In this document: piece by piece, positions 1 to 9,426 of the stretch | Layout of the letters: the number at the start of each line of letters is the position of its first letter | How positions within the stretch are numbered: position 1 is the first letter of the stretch | From: Dehalococcoidia bacterium | GTDB taxonomy: Bacteria; Chloroflexota; Dehalococcoidia; Plut-88900 | Direction of reading: 5' to 3' | Assembly (NCBI GenBank): GCA_965197585.1 | Contig: OZ240215.1 | Coordinates: forward strand, 1,760,001 to 1,824,000 | Length of the DNA stretch: 64,000 nt | The notes under the pieces: model-generated | The model's database searches: none | What the model saw: only the letters and a program-made list of their open reading frames with translations | Told to the model about the DNA's origin: nothing | Made by a program: the position numbers and the translations under genes

Positions 1-573
1 GCCCGAGATCGCTTTCAGGAATCCTTGCGGGATCCCGCCTCCCTCCGCGCCGACATCAGGGGCGTCGTCTACTCCCTAGTCGCCCTGGACGCCGACCGCG
101 ACCTCTACGACACTCTCTGGGACATGGAAAAGAAGGCCACCCTCCAGGAAGAGAAGCGTCGCCTTCTCGGTGCCGTCTCCCGCCCCAGGGACCCGATTCT
201 CCTGCAGGATACCCTTAAACGTTCCCTCTCCGACGATGTCCGTTCCCAGGACACCCCCCTCGTAATCATCAGCGTCGCCGCTAACCGATTCGGCCGGGAC
301 CTGACCTGGGACTTCGTCAAGGAGAACTGGTCCGAATTCGACCACCGCTATGGCAAAGGCGGCTTCATGATAATGCGCCTCGTCTCCATCACTGAAGACT
401 TCACCACACTAGAGAGAGCTGACGAAGTAGAGGCCTTCTTCGAGGCCAACCCGGTTGCCGGCGCCCAGCGCACCGTACAACAGTCCCTGGAGAGCATCCG
501 CCTCAACGCCCGTTGGCTAGACCTAAACGCCGACCCAATCACCAACTGGCTAAACACCCACCCCTCCATGTAG
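1..573 (+). CDS. M1-family aminopeptidase, C-terminal (ERAP1-like) domain; 5' end lies outside the window
   Basis: Frame open from base 1 to TAG at 571-573; VRSQD, WDFVKENW, QQSLESIRLNARW resemble the C-terminus of puromycin-sensitive/PepN aminopeptidases. Confidence 0.8.
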   Translation, partial: ARDRFQESLRDPASLRADIRGVVYSLVALDADRDLYDTLWDMEKKATLQEEKRRLLGAVSRPRDPILLQDTLKRSLSDDVRSQDTPLVIISVAANRFGRDLTWDFVKENWSEFDHRYGKGGFMIMRLVSITEDFTTLERADEVEAFFEANPVAGAQRTVQQSLESIRLNARWLDLNADPITNWLNTHPSM

Positions 574-803
574 GGGCAGCCGTTGCCCTCGGCACCGTGG
601 AATGGCTCTTATCCCCTCTCCCTCGATGAGATCCTTGAATAACCCATTTGGGAGGAACTGGGGCCGCTCGTGCTGAGGCACTCGAAGTATGAGCGGGGGG
701 AGGGAGGTAAGGTGATCAGGATGGCGGCACTGGCGTGAGAGGCTAGGTCAGAAGACTCGCCAAGGAGAGTGAGGGTGACCCCCTACTCCCCCTGACAAAA
801 TAA

Positions 804-836
804 AATATGGGAACCTGCCAAGCAGGTTCCCATATT
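804..836 (-). terminator. Intrinsic terminator of the minus-strand redoxin operon
   Basis: Perfect 15-bp stem AATATGGGAACCTGC-CAA-GCAGGTTCCCATATT, followed on the minus strand by TTATTTTG. Confidence 0.7.
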
Positions 837-875
837 CCTAAATGCATGTGCGGGCGAGTCAAACTTATCCCCGTC

Positions 876-1847
876 TCACAGCACTTCCTTCAACCCTTCC
901 TCCAGCTCGTCCAAAGATGCGTATCCCTCGTACTTCGCTCTTATCAACCCATCCTCGTCGATGATGAACACCCAAGATTCATTCAGGTATTCATCGGGCT
1001 CAGTTAAGCCCCAGTCCACTACCACGGGTGAGTATATCCCCATATCGAGGCTCGACTGGATTTCTACCGGGTTGTCGTAGATTTCAACGTGAATGAAGTT
1101 GGCCTGCTCTGCATACAGGTTTTTCAGCTCAGTGACGGTGTCAACCTGAGGCCCACACGTCGGCGATGTGCAGAACCCGGGGCTCGACATCACCACTACA
1201 GACGGCATCCCCGATTCTAGTGCCTCCGCTATGGTTAGTTGGTACAGGTCGATATCTGCCCGAGGCCAGGTTGTTATCTCCGTCAATCCCGCCTCGTCCA
1301 TCGCCGTTTTGTTAACCGTAAGAGGTGGTGTAGAGCCAATAGTCGGCGTGAAGGTTGCCTCTTTGACCTCTACATCCATCACCGCGGAAGCCAAAGTCTC
1401 CTCACCCCGAGCTATCACGGCTTCGACCTGCCAGTCGCCGACCTTGTCGAAAGTCATCTCCGAGACATAGTTCCCCCGGGTTCCGAACGGCCACAAGTGG
1501 AACCTCCCCGTCACCTTTTCCACCTCATCCCCATCGTACAGGCTCCTCACCTGAATCTGGGGCAGCGTCACCAGTCCCTCAGAAGTTTGAAGCACGAAGG
1601 AAATTCTGTTGGTCCCGACACCCAGGTCTTTGGTTCCCAACAGCCCTTCTAGGTCCGGGAAAGTAAGCGCTGCCATTGCCGCTGGGGTTTCCGTGGGAGC
1701 CTCCGAAATAGCCTCAGTGGGGGTTGTCGGTGGCGTCGCAGTCGCGGGTGTTGCTCCTCCACCACAGGCCTGCAATGCTAGCAGGCCGGCTGCTAGGGCG
1801 AGTACAAGAATGGCCAGTCTCCTGGCCCTTCGAGTCTTCTGACCCAT
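876..1847 (-). CDS. Lipoprotein with C-terminal thioredoxin-like fold
   Basis: Lipobox LQAC, Pro/Thr linker, FCTSPTCGP and FIHVEIY...WVFIIDEDG motifs; ATG at 1847 chosen because it abuts the upstream stop. Confidence 0.7.
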   Translation of the reverse strand: MGQKTRRARRLAILVLALAAGLLALQACGGGATPATATPPTTPTEAISEAPTETPAAMAALTFPDLEGLLGTKDLGVGTNRISFVLQTSEGLVTLPQIQVRSLYDGDEVEKVTGRFHLWPFGTRGNYVSEMTFDKVGDWQVEAVIARGEETLASAVMDVEVKEATFTPTIGSTPPLTVNKTAMDEAGLTEITTWPRADIDLYQLTIAEALESGMPSVVVMSSPGFCTSPTCGPQVDTVTELKNLYAEQANFIHVEIYDNPVEIQSSLDMGIYSPVVVDWGLTEPDEYLNESWVFIIDEDGLIRAKYEGYASLDELEEGLKEVL

Positions 1848-1848
1848 T

Positions 1849-3117
1849 TTAGAAGCCCGTGGCGTAGGATCCGAACGTGAATGCAAAGACATTGAAGTCC
1901 TCTGAATTGGAGCTAAGTTTCAGTTCGTGGCTCCCGTACGCCGGTAACCGTATCAGGCTGTACAACCTCGGCTCGTCCACTGTAATCACCGTCATATCTT
2001 CCCCGTTCAGACGCAAGTCATCGCCCCAAGCTTCCTGTGTTACAGGTTTATCGTCAATGGTTATAACCACGTCGTATGGGTCCGCACCCTCGGTGTTGAT
2101 TACGACATTTACAGACGTGCCGAAGAACTTAAGGGCTATGTAGTCCTCCAGGTTCTCAGTTGCCCTGCCGTGCTCAATGCTCTCCGGGCCGTTAACCCAG
2201 AGCCCCTCCAAGTACAGGTAGTGGTTCCTGTGCTGGCCCGGGTCTTCGTATTCATTTGAGGTGTTAAAGTCCGTGAAGAAGTACTCATTGTTGCCGTAAT
2301 ACGGTATCTGCGCTCCCATGTTCCGGTCGGTGCCGGCATACAGCTCTCGAGTCTGGAGAACCCTGCCATCCTCGTCGAAGGCCCCTTCGTCTAGCTCCGG
2401 CCCTGCGTCCCTATTCGCCTGGATGTCGGACACGTCAGCCCCGATCTCCTCAAGCAGGTCCCGGATCCATTCTTCAGTCTCGTCATACCGACCTTCTCCG
2501 AAGTGCCGGTAACGGATCACACCTTCGTGGTCTATCAGGTATTTGGCCGGCCAGTACCGGTTGTTATACGACCGCCACGTCCTGAAGTCGTTGTCCTGCG
2601 CCATCCGCCAGCCCAGGTCGTGCTGTTCTACCGCCGCCACGACGTTGTCGAAGTCTTTCTCGAACTCGAACTCCGGCGTGTGTACTCCGACTATATTCAG
2701 GCCCAAGTCGGCATACTTCTCATGCCATTCTCTAAGGTAAGGCAGCGTCCTGAGACAGTTGACGCAGGTGTATGTCCAAAAGTCGACTAGAACAACCTCT
2801 CCCCGAAGGCTGGCCAGGGTGAACTCATCGGTGTTGACCCACCCGGATATGCCACTCAGGTCAGGCGCGAGGCTTCCCACCTCTCCAGCCACTTCCGAGA
2901 ACACTTTCGGCGTGGGCGTCTCCACCGACCCCGAGGGCGTAGCAGTAGGATCTGTCGTGGCTGTGGGGTCCTGCGTATCCTCTTCCGTGGCTGTAGCAGT
3001 ATTGTCCTCACCCGCAGGGGCGCTCTCATTTCCGCACGCAGCCGCTGTTACTGCCAGAATCAGCAGAACGGCAACCAATCCCAGCCCCATCCTCGTCAAT
3101 CGGAGATATTTCCTCAT
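1849..3117 (-). CDS. DipZ-like redoxin lipoprotein (TlpA-type thioredoxin plus DipZ C-terminal domain)
   Basis: Lipobox AAAC, LVDFWTYTCVNC, VHTPEFEFEK, NRYWPAKYLID, HFGEGRY and C-terminal AFTFG, all typical of DipZ. Confidence 0.85.
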   Translation of the reverse strand: MRKYLRLTRMGLGLVAVLLILAVTAAACGNESAPAGEDNTATATEEDTQDPTATTDPTATPSGSVETPTPKVFSEVAGEVGSLAPDLSGISGWVNTDEFTLASLRGEVVLVDFWTYTCVNCLRTLPYLREWHEKYADLGLNIVGVHTPEFEFEKDFDNVVAAVEQHDLGWRMAQDNDFRTWRSYNNRYWPAKYLIDHEGVIRYRHFGEGRYDETEEWIRDLLEEIGADVSDIQANRDAGPELDEGAFDEDGRVLQTRELYAGTDRNMGAQIPYYGNNEYFFTDFNTSNEYEDPGQHRNHYLYLEGLWVNGPESIEHGRATENLEDYIALKFFGTSVNVVINTEGADPYDVVITIDDKPVTQEAWGDDLRLNGEDMTVITVDEPRLYSLIRLPAYGSHELKLSSNSEDFNVFAFTFGSYATGF

Positions 3118-3259
3118 ATTGGCCCTCTCAATGGTCTACCTGGATGTTCGGCCCCTGGCCCGCGCCCCAGTCTTGAAGTTCCGCACCATACATCATCATC
3201 TTGTCCAGATTAGATAACGTTCAGGATCGGCAAAGGTAATGTGTAAAATCGCATCTACC

Positions 3260-4546
3260 TTAATTTTGCCATATTACGCCGGCCACTGAGACCAAAGACC
3301 CACCCATAGGGTCCGCCGGACACTGATCATACGCCGTAACCTTCCCCGACACCCCCTCTCCCAGCACCCGAAGCGCCAGGTATATAGGCGTCAATCCGCA
3401 AATGCGCCTCTGGTCCTGCTCTTTCCGTATCCCTTCCAGGAAACCCTCGGCATCTCCATTACAGGCAGCCTCCAGAGACAGGTCGTCGGCTCTCTTGAGA
3501 GCCGCACGTTCACTCCGAGCCCACGGCGCGGGATCCCCGAAAGCCGGGCCCACGTGCGCCAGGTCCCCCGCTGCTATCACCAAGGTCTTTCGACTCGCCA
3601 TCACCCCTCGCAACTCCGACACCACAAAATCAAACGCCGCTTCCCCCTCCACCACCCCACCCCCGTGAACGTACCTACCCATATGACCGCACAATACTGG
3701 CAGCACGTAAGGCACACACCCCTTGGGATTTCCCTTCCTAACCAGGTAGTGCAGCCAGACCAGTGCCAACTCTATCGAGTGCTCCTTGATGTGGTGTTCT
3801 TCTTCCTCAAACGCAGACTCCCCACCCAACCCCGTCACCAAAGACTTCACCAGCCCCTTGTCCGTGGGAAGCGAGCCCCACGGTGTCGCGTAATTTTGAA
3901 GCGTAGGAGTTATCTTGCAGTCTCCCCCTGCATGGTCCGTCCCGAGAATTATCGCCAATTCACACTCTGCCGCCGCAGCGGAAACATGCCGCCAAGTCTT
4001 CGCATAGCTCCGGTGACCCCGGTGATAATCAATATGCGGACTCAACACCCCTACAATCCCAGCGTTCATCCCCTCTCCCTTGACGGGAGAGGGCAAGGGT
4101 GAGGGTGAGTTTTTGGGCTCCTCCCCCACCTCCTCCATGTACCCATCCAACGTCTCCTCCAAAGCAACCGGGTCCGCCGGATAGCTGGGCCCGGCCAAAG
4201 CTGAAGCCCTGTACGGCAAACCTCGGTACGTCTCCACAACCCGCGCGCGAGCCTCCTCGAACCGGGGCCCTTCCAGCAGCAGAGCCTCGTCCAGGCGGCC
4301 AAAGAACGCATCCACCTGCTCCTGAGTAATCGAAAGCCTGTGAAGCAGCATAGCCGCCGTTCTGATGCGTGGTAGGTCCCTCTGCCCGTCGCTGAGAGCC
4401 AAGAGAGGAATCAACTGCACCGGTACAATAAGCTCCTCCCCCGAAAGCGACATCGGGTCCCGCAAATGCAGATACTCCCGACCACCCTGCTGCACCCTTT
4501 TAATATCCAAGGCCCTGAGCTTGGGCCGCAGTTCCAAGCCTCTCAT
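3260..4546 (-). CDS. amrB: AmmeMemoRadiSam system protein B (MEMO1 family), long form
   Basis: AGPSYPADP, SPHIDY, EHSIELAL, GDLAHVG, ICGLTPI motifs. Confidence 0.88.
   Translation of the reverse strand: MRGLELRPKLRALDIKRVQQGGREYLHLRDPMSLSGEELIVPVQLIPLLALSDGQRDLPRIRTAAMLLHRLSITQEQVDAFFGRLDEALLLEGPRFEEARARVVETYRGLPYRASALAGPSYPADPVALEETLDGYMEEVGEEPKNSPSPLPSPVKGEGMNAGIVGVLSPHIDYHRGHRSYAKTWRHVSAAAAECELAIILGTDHAGGDCKITPTLQNYATPWGSLPTDKGLVKSLVTGLGGESAFEEEEHHIKEHSIELALVWLHYLVRKGNPKGCVPYVLPVLCGHMGRYVHGGGVVEGEAAFDFVVSELRGVMASRKTLVIAAGDLAHVGPAFGDPAPWARSERAALKRADDLSLEAACNGDAEGFLEGIRKEQDQRRICGLTPIYLALRVLGEGVSGKVTAYDQCPADPMGGSLVSVAGVIWQN
4069..4108 (+). repeat. Palindromic repeat family 2 (TCCCCTCTCCCT-N4-GGGAGAGGGCTAGGGTGAGGGTGA), copy inside the amrB CDS
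   Basis: 38/40 identical to the intergenic copy at 15325-15364; further copies at 9293-9332, 23419-23458, 24732-24772 and a partial at ~612. Confidence 0.9.
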
Positions 4547-4551
4547 TCAGA

Positions 4552-4896
4552 TCATGACCCTAGCAGGACACGGACCTTCTCCACGACCTCTACAACAACT
4601 TGCATCGGAGCCTTGCCTGCCGGGCGTGCATTCCTTGTTATCCAGTCTAGACTCTTGATGTGATCGGCCAGCACCACACCCGAAATGGCGCTTGAGTCAG
4701 GAAGGCGCACTTCAAATGGGTAACCTTTCGCCTTAGACGTAACTGGACAGAAAAACGCAAGACCAGTCCTTCTGTTGAATCCCTCGGGACTAAGTACCAG
4801 AGCAGGCCGATATCCGCTTTGCTCTCGTCCTGCTGAAGGTTCAAAATCCAGCCAAACAAAGTCGCCCCGCGTGGGAATGTATGGACTCTCTACCAC
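4552..4896 (-). CDS. mazF: MazF/PemK endoribonuclease toxin
   Basis: YIPTRGDFVWLDFEPSAGREQSGYRPALVLSP, CPVTSKAKGYPFEV, DHIKSLDW. Confidence 0.95.
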   Translation of the reverse strand: MVESPYIPTRGDFVWLDFEPSAGREQSGYRPALVLSPEGFNRRTGLAFFCPVTSKAKGYPFEVRLPDSSAISGVVLADHIKSLDWITRNARPAGKAPMQVVVEVVEKVRVLLGS

Positions 4897-5129
4897 CCTT
4901 CACGTCCCACCGCGGGTCCCGTGTCCCATTCGGGATGGAGGTTACTTGGGTCGATTTGCTCCAACATCTCCTCCAAGTCATAAACTCTCTTCCGCAGCAC
5001 AACACGGTCGCCTTCGGAGAACATCTCGATGGCTGAACCTTCTTGAACACCCCACTGTTCTGCGACAGGTTTAGGGATACGAATCGCAAGGCTTCCTCCC
5101 CACTTGGAAACGCGACTATTGGCACCCAT
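4890..5129 (-). CDS. mazE: AbrB/MazE antitoxin
   Basis: SKWGGSLAIRIP N-terminus and PAVGREGW C-terminus; AGGAGG upstream of ATG 5129; overlaps the mazF start. Confidence 0.92.
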   Translation of the reverse strand: MGANSRVSKWGGSLAIRIPKPVAEQWGVQEGSAIEMFSEGDRVVLRKRVYDLEEMLEQIDPSNLHPEWDTGPAVGREGW

Positions 5130-5163
5130 ACAATTACCTCCTAGATAGACATATAATATATCA

Positions 5164-5544
5164 CTATATCTGTTCCCTCTCCCACTCCCACTCCCCCTCA
5201 CAAATCGTCTCCAGCCACGACACTATCCCCGACAACTTCTCATACGCCACAAGTCTCGCACTATCTTCCCCCGACTCCTCCGCCTCCGACACCACCGCCG
5301 CCATCTGCCCCACCACCCTAGGCCCTACCTCCATCACACCCTCACTCCCCGATGTCGCCCATTTAACCAACACGTACCGGGCTATCGCACCAACAGGCAG
5401 GCCCAGGCTTCGGCTCATCCCCTTCAGTGTGGGCATCGGATCTATCTGGCTATAGAGCGCCACATCCCGCTTGAAATTAGCGTCGGGATCAGCCTCGTCT
5501 ATCGAATCTTCGAAAATATCAAGCCTGATCGTCGGGTGTTCCAT
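5164..5544 (-). CDS. Conserved hypothetical protein (DUF6027-like)
   Basis: DPDANFKRDVALYS..DPMPTL..LGLPVGAIARYVLVKWATSGSEG pattern; family name recalled, not searched. Confidence 0.6.
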   Translation of the reverse strand: MEHPTIRLDIFEDSIDEADPDANFKRDVALYSQIDPMPTLKGMSRSLGLPVGAIARYVLVKWATSGSEGVMEVGPRVVGQMAAVVSEAEESGEDSARLVAYEKLSGIVSWLETICEGEWEWEREQI

Positions 5545-5619
5545 GCTGCATGCCTTTCTGTCTTATCTCGCAACCAATGATATAATGCGCCAACTTTCCC
5601 CGTCCCCACCCCGCCCCTC

Positions 5620-6618
5620 ATGACACCCGGCGACTACAACTCTACCCAGCTAATACTTGGCATCGACATAGGTGGCACGTCTCTTCGCGCCGCCCTCGCC
5701 GACTCCCCATCTTCCATCCTCGCCAAGACCCGTCGCCCTGCCCCCGCCGACCAACCCCCCGAGGCCATGGTCGAAGCAATCAGTTCTATGTACCATAGTC
5801 TCCTGGAACAGGTCGGATCCAATGGTGTGGTCGCCGTCGGAGTATCCTCTCCTGGCCCCGTCGACACCGTGGCCGGAGCCCTCGTCGATCCCCCCAACCT
5901 CCCTCAATTCACCACCGTGCCCCTCAGGGATATGCTCCAACGAGAGTTGGCCCTCTCTGTTTCACTCGAAAACGACGCCAACGCCGCCGCCATCGCCGAG
6001 CATCGAGTTGGCGTGGGCAAAGGGACTCGGCACATGGTATACGTGACCCTCAGCACCGGCATCGGAGCAGGCATCATTTCCGATGACCGATTGGTCCGAG
6101 GCGCAAGGGGCGCCGCAGGAGAAGTGGGTCACATCAAGCTGATGGTCGATGGCCCCCCATGCGGTTGCGGACAAAACGGCTGCTGGGAAGCCCTCGCTTC
6201 CGGCTCCGCGATTCGCAAGGAGGTTCTCCGTCAAATCAATGAAGGCCGCGAATCAACATTAAGCCGCTTCGACCCCTCCACCATCGACGCCCAAGCCGTC
6301 TTCCAGGCTGCTCAGTCAGGCGACCTCCTTGCCTCCGAGGTCATAGACAGAGCTGCCTATTTCACCGGCATTGGGCTCGCCGCCGTGGTAGACGTCCTGA
6401 ACCCCGAAATGGTAATTGTCGGTGGAGGGCTGACAAACATGGGAGACCGGCTACTCGGCCCCGCATTCAAGACCTGCCACAATCACATCTTCCCCCTCCA
6501 CGAAAGATCTCTCCGATTAGAGGTCAGCAACCTCGGTGACGATGTATCATTGATCGGAGCCCTAGTCCTCGCCGATGAATTGGCCCGTTCAAACGAAGTC
6601 CCGACAGGGAACACGTAG
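5620..6618 (+). CDS. ROK family sugar kinase (glucokinase-like)
   Basis: GIDIGGT, ENDANAAA, STGIGAG, GEVGH, CGCGQNGCWE. Confidence 0.93.
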   Translation: MTPGDYNSTQLILGIDIGGTSLRAALADSPSSILAKTRRPAPADQPPEAMVEAISSMYHSLLEQVGSNGVVAVGVSSPGPVDTVAGALVDPPNLPQFTTVPLRDMLQRELALSVSLENDANAAAIAEHRVGVGKGTRHMVYVTLSTGIGAGIISDDRLVRGARGAAGEVGHIKLMVDGPPCGCGQNGCWEALASGSAIRKEVLRQINEGRESTLSRFDPSTIDAQAVFQAAQSGDLLASEVIDRAAYFTGIGLAAVVDVLNPEMVIVGGGLTNMGDRLLGPAFKTCHNHIFPLHERSLRLEVSNLGDDVSLIGALVLADELARSNEVPTGNT

Positions 6619-6634
6619 GTAGGAGTGCCGACAT

Positions 6635-7936
6635 ATGAACTTCGAAAAGTCCATTGAACTTCACGAAAGGTCCAGCCGATCACTGGCGGGCGGGGTCAGC
6701 AGCCATCACCGCCGCGGCGAGCTCCCTGTGCCCCTCTTCTTCGAAAGGGCCAAGGGGTCCCGACTCTTCGACGTGGACGGCAATGAGTTTATCGATTACA
6801 TCATGGGCAACGGCGCAGCCATCTTCGGCCACTCCCCCGACTTCCTCCTTGACTCCGTCCGCCGGATGCTCGATCGCGGCCAAATCATCGCCGGTCAGCA
6901 CGACCTGGAGATAACAGTCGCCGAGCTAATTAACGCCTCTGTCCCTTCCTCCGAGATGGTCAGGTTCGGCAGCTCGGGCACCGAGGCCGTCCTCGCCGCC
7001 GTCAGAATCGCTCGTGCCTACACCAACCGCTCCCTAATCATCAAGTTCGAGGGCCATTACCACGGCTGGGCAGACCCCGTCCTCTATAGCGTCGCCCCTA
7101 ACACCCAGGACGCCGGCCCCTACGACTCCCCCCTCCCCGTCCCCGAGTCCGAAGGCCAGTCTCCCGGGTCCGCAGAAGAAGTTGTTGTCCTCCCCTGGAA
7201 CGATCTCGACGTGCTCTCCACTGCAATCCGTAAACACCCCGGAGAGATCGCCGCCATCATCATGGAACCCGTGCCCGTCAACACCAACAGCGCCTTCCCC
7301 AAGCCCGGTTACCTGGAGGGCGTCCGCAAGCTCTGCGACGAAAATGGCATAGTTCTCATCTTCGACGAGGTCATCACCGGCTTCCGACTCGCCGTCGGTG
7401 GCGCTCAGGATCTTCTTGGCGTAACTCCCGACCTGACAACCTTGGCCAAGGCCGCGGCCGGTGGCTTCCCCTTCTCCGTTGTTACCGGTAAGCGAGAAGT
7501 CATGCAGCCCGTATCTCAAGGCCGAGTCATGCACGCAGGCACCGCCAGCGGCAACCTCGTATCTCTCGCCGCATCCGAGACCACAATCAACAAGCTTAAA
7601 GAAAACGACGGTGAGGCCATCCGACGCATGCACCACGTCGGCGAGCTTCTCATGGACGGCCTCCGAGACCTAGCCCGCAAGCACGAGGAGGATGTCCTCC
7701 TACAGGGCCCATCATCCATTTTCACCATGGCCTTCACCCCCGAGTCCTCCCTCCCCGACTACAGAACCTTCTACGAAAAGGTGGACCACGAGCGTTACGT
7801 CACCTTCCGCCAGAAGCTCCTGGAGGGCGGCATAAGGGCCAACATGCACGGCAAGTGGTTTCTTTCCTGCGCCCACACGGAGCAAGACGTCGAACAAACC
7901 CTCGCCGCCGCCGACCAAGCCTTCCGCGCCCTCTAA
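6635..7936 (+). CDS. Class III PLP aminotransferase (glutamate-1-semialdehyde aminomutase-like)
   Basis: SGTEA, KFEGHYHG, FDEVITGFR, LAKAAAGG. Confidence 0.88.
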   Translation: MNFEKSIELHERSSRSLAGGVSSHHRRGELPVPLFFERAKGSRLFDVDGNEFIDYIMGNGAAIFGHSPDFLLDSVRRMLDRGQIIAGQHDLEITVAELINASVPSSEMVRFGSSGTEAVLAAVRIARAYTNRSLIIKFEGHYHGWADPVLYSVAPNTQDAGPYDSPLPVPESEGQSPGSAEEVVVLPWNDLDVLSTAIRKHPGEIAAIIMEPVPVNTNSAFPKPGYLEGVRKLCDENGIVLIFDEVITGFRLAVGGAQDLLGVTPDLTTLAKAAAGGFPFSVVTGKREVMQPVSQGRVMHAGTASGNLVSLAASETTINKLKENDGEAIRRMHHVGELLMDGLRDLARKHEEDVLLQGPSSIFTMAFTPESSLPDYRTFYEKVDHERYVTFRQKLLEGGIRANMHGKWFLSCAHTEQDVEQTLAAADQAFRAL

Positions 7937-8144
7937 CACAGACCCCCAAATCCTTGACCCCCGTCACTCCCAGGCCCTCGGCCGTGTTCTACCGAGGCCC
8001 TTAACGCCGTCATTCCGGCCCTCGAGCCGGAATCCATCCCCGCCCCTTCCCGTATGGGCAGGTCTCGTGCCTGCTCCATCTTTACCTCCCACCCTCCAAG
8101 CAGATTTAACCTCGCCATTCCGAGCCCTTACCCCCTGTCATTCC

Positions 8145-9200
8145 TGTAAGTGTTAGGTAATTCGTTGACAGATTGGTATAAGAGGCCAACACCAATCTGG
8201 AGGCGAGAATGCGAGACAATAGCAAGGACCTCACCCTTGAACGTAACTACATTCAGAAGTGGCGGTTCCTCATCCATGAGTATCAACTGGTCAAGGCAGG
8301 GAAGCATCCCCGTTTCCGCTTCGCCCAGGACTTCTACTCCTTCCACGGCACTAGCCGTCAGACCTTCGCCAAGTACTACAACCGGTTCCTCCTTTCCCCC
8401 TCCGACAACGCCTTCCTCCCCCGTAAGCGGGGTCCCGGGTGGAAGTCCCGCCGCACCCTGCCCTACATTGAGCAGAAGGTCATCAACGAGCGCCTTAACG
8501 GTACCAACCGTTACGAGATCTATGCCATACTCAAACCCATCCTTAAACACAACACCCCTAAGCCCTCCACCATCTACGCCATCACCAGACGCCACGGTTT
8601 CAATAGGCTCACAAAGCCGATGCAGCAGTCGAAGCGCAAGATCATCAAGACCCGGGCAGGAGAGCTGGGCCACCTGGACAGCCACTACCTCAGCCGGGAT
8701 ACCATCGTGGGCACCAAGCACCGCTACTACCTGGTGGGCCTCATCGACGCCTACACCCGTCTGGCCTGGGCCGAAGTGGTCGGAGACATCAAGAGTCTCT
8801 CCGTTATGTTTGCTACTCTGAAGTCCATCAATTTCCTTAACGTGGAGTACGGCATCCAATTCGAGGCCATCCTCACCGACAACGGCCCCGAGATGGCCTC
8901 CCCAAGGAACACCGAGGGCCACCCCATGGAACGGATGCTCAATGAGCTGGGCATAAAGCACCGCTACACCCGACCCTATAGGCCCCAGACCAACGGGAAG
9001 ATAGAGCGGTTCTGGAGAACCTTGAACGAGGACCTGCTGGAGGGGACAACCTTCGAATCGGTCTCGGAACTGAAGGACGAGCTTCAGCAATACCTGATCT
9101 ACTACAATACTCAGAGACCCCACCAGGCAATGGACGGAAAGACCCCTTTGGAGACCCTTAAATCCACCTAATTCTGTCAACGAATTACCTGACATCCACA
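8145..9200 (+). mobile_element. Complete IS481-family insertion sequence (1056 bp)
   Basis: TGT...ACA ends; 28-bp terminal inverted repeats with 4 mismatches (8145-8172 and 9173-9200); 5-bp direct repeat ATTCC at 8140-8144 and 9201-9205. Confidence 0.92.
8209..9171 (+). CDS. IS481-family DDE transposase (rve integrase core)
   Basis: GHLD, IDAYTR, TDNGPE, RPYRPQTNGKIERFWRT, YYNTQRPHQ. Confidence 0.95.
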   Translation: MRDNSKDLTLERNYIQKWRFLIHEYQLVKAGKHPRFRFAQDFYSFHGTSRQTFAKYYNRFLLSPSDNAFLPRKRGPGWKSRRTLPYIEQKVINERLNGTNRYEIYAILKPILKHNTPKPSTIYAITRRHGFNRLTKPMQQSKRKIIKTRAGELGHLDSHYLSRDTIVGTKHRYYLVGLIDAYTRLAWAEVVGDIKSLSVMFATLKSINFLNVEYGIQFEAILTDNGPEMASPRNTEGHPMERMLNELGIKHRYTRPYRPQTNGKIERFWRTLNEDLLEGTTFESVSELKDELQQYLIYYNTQRPHQAMDGKTPLETLKST

Positions 9201-9426
9201 ATTCCGAGGCTCCGCGAGGAATCTAAGGCATATTTCTCTCCCAACTAGACAATTGATTACCCCATCCACACCAAGCAGGCGTCTTGATCCTATCCCCGTT
9301 TCCTCGACGAGAGAGGGCTAGGGTGAGGGTGATCCCATTCATGCAAACCGCCCACCTGTCTGCTTGGCAGACAGGTGGGCGGTTGAACATCTTCCTTGGT
9401 GCTAGAACTTTTCGAAGCGAGTCCCT

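Noticed and set aside
6635-7936. Calling this gene hemL
   Set aside because: Family motifs fit, but there is no tetrapyrrole context and class III paralogues are common in such genomes
8128-9201. 357-aa antisense ORF spanning the IS
   Set aside because: Shadow frame opposite the transposase with no recognisable motifs
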